Assembly: GCA_965232515.1 (NCBI GenBank)
Contig: CBDDPY010000002.1
Location: 1,664,001-1,728,000, forward strand
DNA from: Alphaproteobacteria bacterium
Lineage (GTDB): Bacteria; Pseudomonadota; Alphaproteobacteria; GCA-2731375
DNA length: 64,000 bases
Direction: 5' to 3'
Of the stretch, positions 58,127 to 64,000 are shown piece after piece. Below the pieces are notes generated by a model. That model did not search any database. It had not been told where the DNA came from and saw nothing but the letters and a program-made list of their open reading frames with translations. The position numbers and the translations under genes are program-made. Numbering within the stretch: position 1 is the stretch's first letter; each line of letters opens with the position of its first letter.

Positions 58127-58634
58127 CAAACAAGCCGCGACACCGGCGCCACAGCCGGCGCAGGGCCAAACGCAGCAACCGAAGCCGAGCGCACAACCAC
58201 GTACCGGAAACGGCGCGGCGCCGCCGTCGCTGATCAGCAGCAATCTGCAGGTCGTCGGCAATCTGAAGACCGAAGGCGAGATTCAGATCGACGGCGTGAT
58301 CGACGGCGACGTCGCTTGCGGCAAGCTGATGATCGGCGAGCGCGCCACCGTCAACGGCGAGGTCGTGGCCGACAATGTGGAGGTACGCGGCACGGTCGAA
58401 GGCCGTATTCGCGGCAAAACGGTGCTGCTGGCGAAATCGGCCCGCGTCACCGGCGACATCTGGCACGACAGTCTGTCGATCGAGGCCGGCGCCTATCTCG
58501 ACGGACATTGCAAGCGCAATGACTCGGCGACGGCGGCGCAGCCCGCGGCGGCTGCCAGCGCGCCACGGCCCGATGCGGCCGCGTCGGCGGGCAACCGGGA
58601 AGCGGCAAAAGCCGCGGCCACGGCCGGCCACTGA
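58101..58634 (+). CDS. Bactofilin (polymer-forming cytoskeletal protein)
   Basis: MFSK N-terminus, Pro/Gln linker and PSLIS..L.V.G...IDG beta-helix repeats. Overlaps the M23 gene by 26 nt. Confidence 0.93.
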   Translation: MFSKTEKTDKQAATPAPQPAQGQTQQPKPSAQPRTGNGAAPPSLISSNLQVVGNLKTEGEIQIDGVIDGDVACGKLMIGERATVNGEVVADNVEVRGTVEGRIRGKTVLLAKSARVTGDIWHDSLSIEAGAYLDGHCKRNDSATAAQPAAAASAPRPDAAASAGNREAAKAAATAGH

Positions 58635-58641
58635 CCGTCTG

Positions 58642-58676
58642 AACGCCGGCGCGTTGCGGCGCGCCGGCGTTTCCTT
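58642..58676 (+). terminator. Hairpin terminator after bactofilin
   Basis: AACGCCGGCGCG-N6-CGCGCCGGCGTT followed by TCCTT, between convergent genes. Confidence 0.65.
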
Positions 58677-58749
58677 CCGTCAATGGGCGGACTGGCGCGA
58701 CACCAACCACGCGGCAGATGTCCGCGCGGCCAAGTAAACCGCGCGCCGA

Positions 58750-59881
58750 TTACGATTCGGCGTCGGCGGCGGAATTGCCGTCGCCGCCCAGACGCGATGC
58801 CAGCGAGGCCTCGAGAAAGACGTCGAGGTCGCCGTCCAGAACGCGCTGGGCGTCGCCGCGCTCGACTTGCGTGCGCAGATCCTTGACCATCTGATAGGGG
58901 TGCAGCACGTAAGACCGGATCTGGTGACCCCAGCCGATATCGGTCTTCTGCGCCTCGATTTCCTGCTTTTCCGCTTCGCGCTTCTGCAGCTCGTCTTCAT
59001 AGAGGCGGGCGCGCAGCATCTTCATGGCCGTCGCCTTGTTCTTGTGCTGCGACCGCTCCTTCTGACACTGCACGACGATGCCGGTCGGTTCGTGCGTGAT
59101 GCGGACGGCGCTGTCGGTCCGGTTCACGTGCTGGCCGCCTGCGCCGGAGGCGCGATAGGTGTCGATGCGCAGATCCTTCTCCTGGATGTCGATGTCGATA
59201 TCGTCCTCGACCTCGGGATAGACCCAGACGCTGGCGAAGCTGGTATGCCGACGGGCGGCCGAGTCGAACGGCGAGATCCGCACCAGCCGATGCACGCCAC
59301 TCTCGGTTTTCAGCCAGCCATAAGCGTTCTCGCCGCTGATTTGCAGCGTGGCCGATTTCAGCCCCGCCTCTTCCCCCGGACTTTCCTCGATCAGGCCGAT
59401 CTTCAGGCCGCGCTGTTCGGCCCAGCGGCTGTACATGCGTAACAGCATCTCGGCCCAGTCCTGGGACTCGGTGCCACCCGCTCCAGCATGAATTTCCAGA
59501 TAGCAGTTGTTGGCGTCGGCTTCGCCGCTGAGCAGGCTTTCGAGCTGACGCTTGGCCGCGACCGCCTGCAGGGCCATGAGCTGCGCTTCGGCTTCGGTGA
59601 CGACCTCGGCGTCATCCTCGGCCTCGCCCAGCTCGATCAGGCCGACCGTATCCTCGAATTCAGACTCCAAGGCTCGGTAGGTCGCGATCGCGCTCTCCAG
59701 CCGCGTCCGCTCGCGCATCAGACCCTGTGCGCGTTCCTGGTCGTTCCAGAGATCGGGATCTTCGATAAGGCTATTCAGCTCTTCCAGGCGTTTAAGGGCG
59801 ACATCCCAGTCAAAGATGCCTCCTCAGGAGAGCCAGCGACTGCCGGATCTCCTCGGCGATGGCCTGCATTTCTGCACGCAT
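58750..59881 (-). CDS. prfB: Peptide chain release factor 2 with programmed +1 frameshift
   Basis: The first 23 codons from ATG 59881 end in AGG AGG CAT CTT TGA C (59824-59809). The +1 frame continues DWD... and carries the SPF and GGQ motifs. Confidence 0.97.
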
Positions 59882-59990
59882 AGCAACCTCAAATCATCAA
59901 CATACGAAACCGAGGCGGCGCCCCGAATCCAAACGGCCGGCGATATAGCACATTATGGCGCGCGACGTGAGCCGCCTGTGCGGCGGCGCG

Positions 59991-62426
59991 CTAGTAGAGT
60001 CCGCCGACGCCGGCCTGGGGCGTGCTGCCGCCGTCGGTCAGCGGCGCGGCGCCACCATCCAGGACGGTCTGCTGTCCGCTTGGCTCGGTGCCCGGCTTGA
60101 AGGCTTCCAGAATGACATTCCGGTCGCCTGACGTGGCCGGCACGCCCGTGCGCGAGTCGACCCGGACCAGGCGAATACCCGGTGGGATACGGAAGGGAAT
60201 GGCCGGCTGTTCCGCCAACGCCCCGGCCATGAAATCCCGGAAGATCGGCGAAGCGACCGAGGTGCCGGTCTCGCGCCGCCCCAGCGTCCGTGGCGTGTCG
60301 AAACCGACAAAGACGCCGACCGCGAGGTCAGGCGCAAATCCCATGAACCAGGTATCCCGGGACTCGTTGGTGGTGCCGGTCTTGCCGGCGAGCGGCTTGC
60401 CGACGGCCGCGACACGCCGGCCGGTACCGCGTTCGACCGCACCGCGCAGCATCGACACGACCTGATAGGCCGTGGCCGACGTGACCACCTGCGTCCGCGT
60501 ATCCGGCACCTCGGGCTCGGCCTGGAATTGCCAAACCGCGCCGACGCAGCCGGGACAAGGGCGTTCGTCGTGGCGGTAGACCGTCCCGCCGCGCCGGTCC
60601 TGGATCCGGTCGATCAGGGTCGGCGTCACCGACTTGCCGCCATTCACCAGGATCGCATACGCCGAGGTCAGCCGGAGCAGTGTCGTTTCCGCCGCGCCCA
60701 GCGCCATCGGCAGCAGCAGCGGCATATCGTCGACGACGCCGAAACGGCGGGCATAGTCGGCCACCGTTTCCATGCCGATATACTGTGCCAGCCGCACCGT
60801 CATGAGATTGCGCGATTTCTCAATGCCGAGCCGCAAGGTGCTGGGGCCGTAGAATTTTCGCGTGTAGTTCGCCGGCTTCCACTTGCCGAGCGCCGGGCCC
60901 TGATCGACCACGAGCGGCGCGTCGAGAACCAGGCTCGACGGCGTGAATTCATGGTCGAGGGCGGCCGCATAGACGATCGGCTTGAACGCCGAGCCCGGCT
61001 GCCGCTGGGCCTGGGTCGCCCGGTTGAACTCGCTGTTGCCGAAAGAATAGCCGCCGACCATGGCCAACACCCGGCCCGTATGCGGATCCATGGCCACGAG
61101 CCCACCGTTGATGTCGGGGATCTGCTCCAGCCGGTAGCCATTCTCGACATAGCTTTCGGCGTCCTTGGGGATCGGCGAGACGGCGACGACGTCGCCCACG
61201 GCCAGCACCTGATCGGGGCGCTTGATCTTCGCGCCGAGGGTCTGGCCCTTCTTCCAGGCCCGCGCCCATGTCAGTTCCGCCAGCGGAATGACGCCGCGGA
61301 CGTCGTTGGCGAAGCCGATCTCGGCGGCCTGCCCGTCCGTGCCCAGCACCACGCCCATGTACCAGTCGCCGATATCGGTCGGCACCGGCACGTCGCGAAG
61401 CGCCTGAATGGGATCCTTGTCCGGCGCCACCCGGTCCAGCGGTCCACGCCAGCCATGCCGGCGGTCATAGGCGCGAAGGCCGGACCGCAGTACGCGCTCG
61501 GCGATCTCCTGAAGCCGCGGCTCCAGGGTCGTCCGCACCGACAGGCCGCCTTCATAGAGCTGCGACTCGCCGTAACGATTGACCAGCTCTCGACGCACTT
61601 CCTCGGCGAAATACGCTGCCTCGACGGTGCGTGTGCGGTCGGGCCGGCGCACCGCAACCGGCGTTGCTTTCGCGGCAGCCATATCGGCGGTGGAAATGAC
61701 GTCGTTTTCGTGCATCTGCGTCAGCACCCAGTCCCGACGCGCCAGCGCCGCCTTCGGGCGCCGCAGGGGATGGTAGTTGTTGGGCGCTTTCGGTAGAGCC
61801 GCCAGGAACGCGGCCTCCTCCAGGGCCAGCTCGTCGAGCGGCTTGTTGAAGTAGTTCAGGGCCGCCGCGGCGACGCCGTAGCTGCCGAACCCCAGATAGA
61901 TCTCGTTCAGATACAGCTCCAGGATCCGGTCCTTCTCGAAGGCATGCTCGATGCGGAAGGCCAGAATCGCCTCTTTCAGCTTGCGGGTGACGCTGACCTC
62001 GCTGCTCAGCAGGAAGTTCTTTGCCACTTGCTGGGTAATCGTCGAGGCGCCGACGGGCCGCCGGTCCGTGCCGTAGTTGCGCAGGTTGCGCACCATGGCA
62101 GACGCAATGCCCATAAAATCCACGCCCGGATGGCTGTAGAACGTCTTGTCTTCGGCCGACAGAAAAGCCTCGATAACCTGTCGCGGAATCGCCGCGATCG
62201 GCACGAACAGCCGGCGTTCGCGTGCATATTCGGTAATCAGGCTGCCGTCGGCGGCATGCACGCGTGTCATGACCGGCGGGCGATAGTCCGCCAGCTGCCG
62301 GTAGTCCGGCAGATCGCGGCCATAGTGCCAGAGAACGAAAAGCGTGCCGCCGGCACCCATCAGGGCCAGCAGCAATGCGCCCGAAACGATGAAACTAAGA
62401 GCCCTCAACATGTCTGCGCCGGACAT
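59991..62426 (-). CDS. mrcA: Penicillin-binding protein 1A
   Basis: Transglycosylase AEDKTF and GASTITQQ motifs, and transpeptidase SAFK, SRN and KTG motifs. Alternative start at 62411. Confidence 0.95.
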   Translation of the reverse strand: MSGADMLRALSFIVSGALLLALMGAGGTLFVLWHYGRDLPDYRQLADYRPPVMTRVHAADGSLITEYARERRLFVPIAAIPRQVIEAFLSAEDKTFYSHPGVDFMGIASAMVRNLRNYGTDRRPVGASTITQQVAKNFLLSSEVSVTRKLKEAILAFRIEHAFEKDRILELYLNEIYLGFGSYGVAAAALNYFNKPLDELALEEAAFLAALPKAPNNYHPLRRPKAALARRDWVLTQMHENDVISTADMAAAKATPVAVRRPDRTRTVEAAYFAEEVRRELVNRYGESQLYEGGLSVRTTLEPRLQEIAERVLRSGLRAYDRRHGWRGPLDRVAPDKDPIQALRDVPVPTDIGDWYMGVVLGTDGQAAEIGFANDVRGVIPLAELTWARAWKKGQTLGAKIKRPDQVLAVGDVVAVSPIPKDAESYVENGYRLEQIPDINGGLVAMDPHTGRVLAMVGGYSFGNSEFNRATQAQRQPGSAFKPIVYAAALDHEFTPSSLVLDAPLVVDQGPALGKWKPANYTRKFYGPSTLRLGIEKSRNLMTVRLAQYIGMETVADYARRFGVVDDMPLLLPMALGAAETTLLRLTSAYAILVNGGKSVTPTLIDRIQDRRGGTVYRHDERPCPGCVGAVWQFQAEPEVPDTRTQVVTSATAYQVVSMLRGAVERGTGRRVAAVGKPLAGKTGTTNESRDTWFMGFAPDLAVGVFVGFDTPRTLGRRETGTSVASPIFRDFMAGALAEQPAIPFRIPPGIRLVRVDSRTGVPATSGDRNVILEAFKPGTEPSGQQTVLDGGAAPLTDGGSTPQAGVGGLY

Positions 62427-62495
62427 CTCCTTGGCGAGCCGGTTATGTTTTGGTTATGCACTATGAATATGTCGTTTATAAGGCCTCTGACTATC

Positions 62496-63671
62496 TCACT
62501 TTGCGAGATTCCTGAAATACGCGTCCACGGCGTCCGAAATGGCGTTGACAATCTCGGTCCGCCCCCGCGCCGACTTCAGACGCGCCTCCTCGCGCGGATT
62601 GGACAAATAGCCCAGTTCGACCAGGACGGACGGCACGTCGGGCGCCTTTAGCACCCGGAATCCGGCGAATCGGTGCGGTTTACGCCGCACCCGAACGCCC
62701 TGTGACCGCATAGTCGAGACCAGAACGCCGGCGAAACGCGACGAAAAGTTCTTGGTTTCTCGCTGCGCCAGATCGATCAGGATCGACGCCACCTCCTGAT
62801 CCTGCACGCTCAGGTCGATGCCGGCGATGACGTCGGATTTGTTCTCCTTGGCGGCAAGGGCCGCGGCCTCGGCGTCGGAGGCGGTCTCGGACAGCGTATA
62901 GACGGCGCCGCCGGAAAACCGGGGATCGGCGATGGCGTCGGCATGCAACGACATGAACAGGTCGGCATCGGCGTCGCGCGCGATCTGCACCCGCTCCTGC
63001 AGCGGCAGGAAGATATCCCGGTCCCGGGTCAGCACGACCCGATAGCGCTTCCGCAGGACCTTGGCCAGCGCCTTGGCATAGGTGAGCGTGACCGCCTTTT
63101 CATAGCCCCCTGAAGCACCGGTGGTGCCCGGATCGACACCGCCGTGCCCGGCATCGATAACCACCACCTTCTTGTCGCCGGCGCGCGGCTTCGGCCGCAG
63201 CAACGCGCCGGCGGTCGGTGTCGTCACGGGCTTCGGCGGCGCCAGCGCCGCCAGGAAGCTGGCGCGGTCGGTCTCGACCAGATCGATCACGAAGCGGTAT
63301 CTGTGCCCCTGTCTGGGGGGCAGTATCGTTGCCCATTTGACGCGAACCGGCCGCTTCAAATCGAGCACGACCCGGCTGTTGCCGGGCCGAAACAGACCGA
63401 ACCGCAAACGCGTGATCAGGCCTGCGGTCCGGTTGCCGACCGTCGAGGGCACCTGCCAGTCCAAATCGGGCAGATCGATGACGACCCGATACGGGTCGGA
63501 CAGCGTGAAGATGTTGTACTGAACCGACCGGTCGAGATCGACGACAAGGCGGGTCTTATCGGGATGAATACCGGTTCGGACGCCGGTGACGACGGCGTCG
63601 GCGGCGACGGCAGCCCATGCCGGTACCAGAACGACCGTGGCTACCCCGATCAGATACAGCAAACCGCGCAT
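62496..63671 (-). CDS. amiC: N-acetylmuramoyl-L-alanine amidase with AMIN domain
   Basis: Signal peptide, PYRVVIDL (AMIN), DAGHGG.DPG, SLHAD and VELGYLSN motifs. Confidence 0.9.
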   Translation of the reverse strand: MRGLLYLIGVATVVLVPAWAAVAADAVVTGVRTGIHPDKTRLVVDLDRSVQYNIFTLSDPYRVVIDLPDLDWQVPSTVGNRTAGLITRLRFGLFRPGNSRVVLDLKRPVRVKWATILPPRQGHRYRFVIDLVETDRASFLAALAPPKPVTTPTAGALLRPKPRAGDKKVVVIDAGHGGVDPGTTGASGGYEKAVTLTYAKALAKVLRKRYRVVLTRDRDIFLPLQERVQIARDADADLFMSLHADAIADPRFSGGAVYTLSETASDAEAAALAAKENKSDVIAGIDLSVQDQEVASILIDLAQRETKNFSSRFAGVLVSTMRSQGVRVRRKPHRFAGFRVLKAPDVPSVLVELGYLSNPREEARLKSARGRTEIVNAISDAVDAYFRNLAK

Positions 63672-63770
63672 GGAACATCTAGTGTGACTGAAAATACGCT
63701 TGCACCATATATGACATCGATGTTTCTGTCGCCTAGTGGCAAATCCGACCCGATGACGACAGAAAAGCGT

Positions 63771-63800
63771 TTGTCGAAGCGCAATACCAGAGGTTAGAAT
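63771..63800 (+). promoter_or_regulatory. Candidate sigma70 promoter for a gene beyond the window
   Basis: TTGTCG-N18-TAGAAT, followed by a hairpin GGTTGA-N8-TCAACC. Confidence 0.35.
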
Positions 63801-64000
63801 GCCCACGAAGTAACTCCGCAGTCAGTTTGGTTGAAAAATTTCTCAACCAGCGGCTTTTCGACGGGGCGCTGGGTAGTGCAGACGAGGGCTCTGGTTCCAG
63901 CTAACCGCCGTTGGGCTTAAGACAACGCGAATTGGTGAAGAAACTCGAAGCCGCGTCCCGTTTAATCGGGCTTGTGGCGTTCTTCGGCATCCCCTTCCTG

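Noticed and set aside
58750-59881. prfB pseudogene
   Set aside because: The in-frame TGA is the canonical programmed frameshift site.

Overview
This is a gene-dense, high-GC bacterial chromosomal window. Gene content and synteny point to an Alphaproteobacterium, probably Rhodospirillales-like (inference). The left ~45 kb is an accessory-type metabolic mosaic dominated by aromatic and acyl-CoA catabolism. It contains a Tat-signal intradiol dioxygenase (missed by the ORF track), an abm-like operon (SDR, MarR, ACAD, OYE with an FN3 tail, aryl-CoA ligase, unknown protein), an AidB-like/MetE-like pair, an OmpR two-component system facing a Spy/ICMT/class III cyclase/HD cluster, phhA, TRAP and ABC uptake systems, a solo Anbu protease, partial paa genes and an MhaAB-like hydroxylase. 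The right ~19 kb is conserved core: cysE-iscR-iscS-fdx-tenA, anmK, tyrS, YhdP-like, bcp, M23-bactofilin, frameshifted prfB, PBP1A and amiC. I found no rRNA, tRNA, CRISPR, phage or transposase genes, but several REP/MITE-like palindromes are present. The best novelty candidates are (1) an OYE-[4Fe-4S]-fibronectin III fusion in an abm-like operon lacking the monooxygenase, (2) a class III nucleotide cyclase with intact catalytic but altered base-specificity residues next to an HD phosphohydrolase, (3) an MsrA lacking the C-terminal resolving Cys and ending in a MinD-like membrane-targeting helix, and (4) tenA translationally coupled to a minimal IscR-controlled operon. All calls come from motif recognition by eye; no database searches were run.
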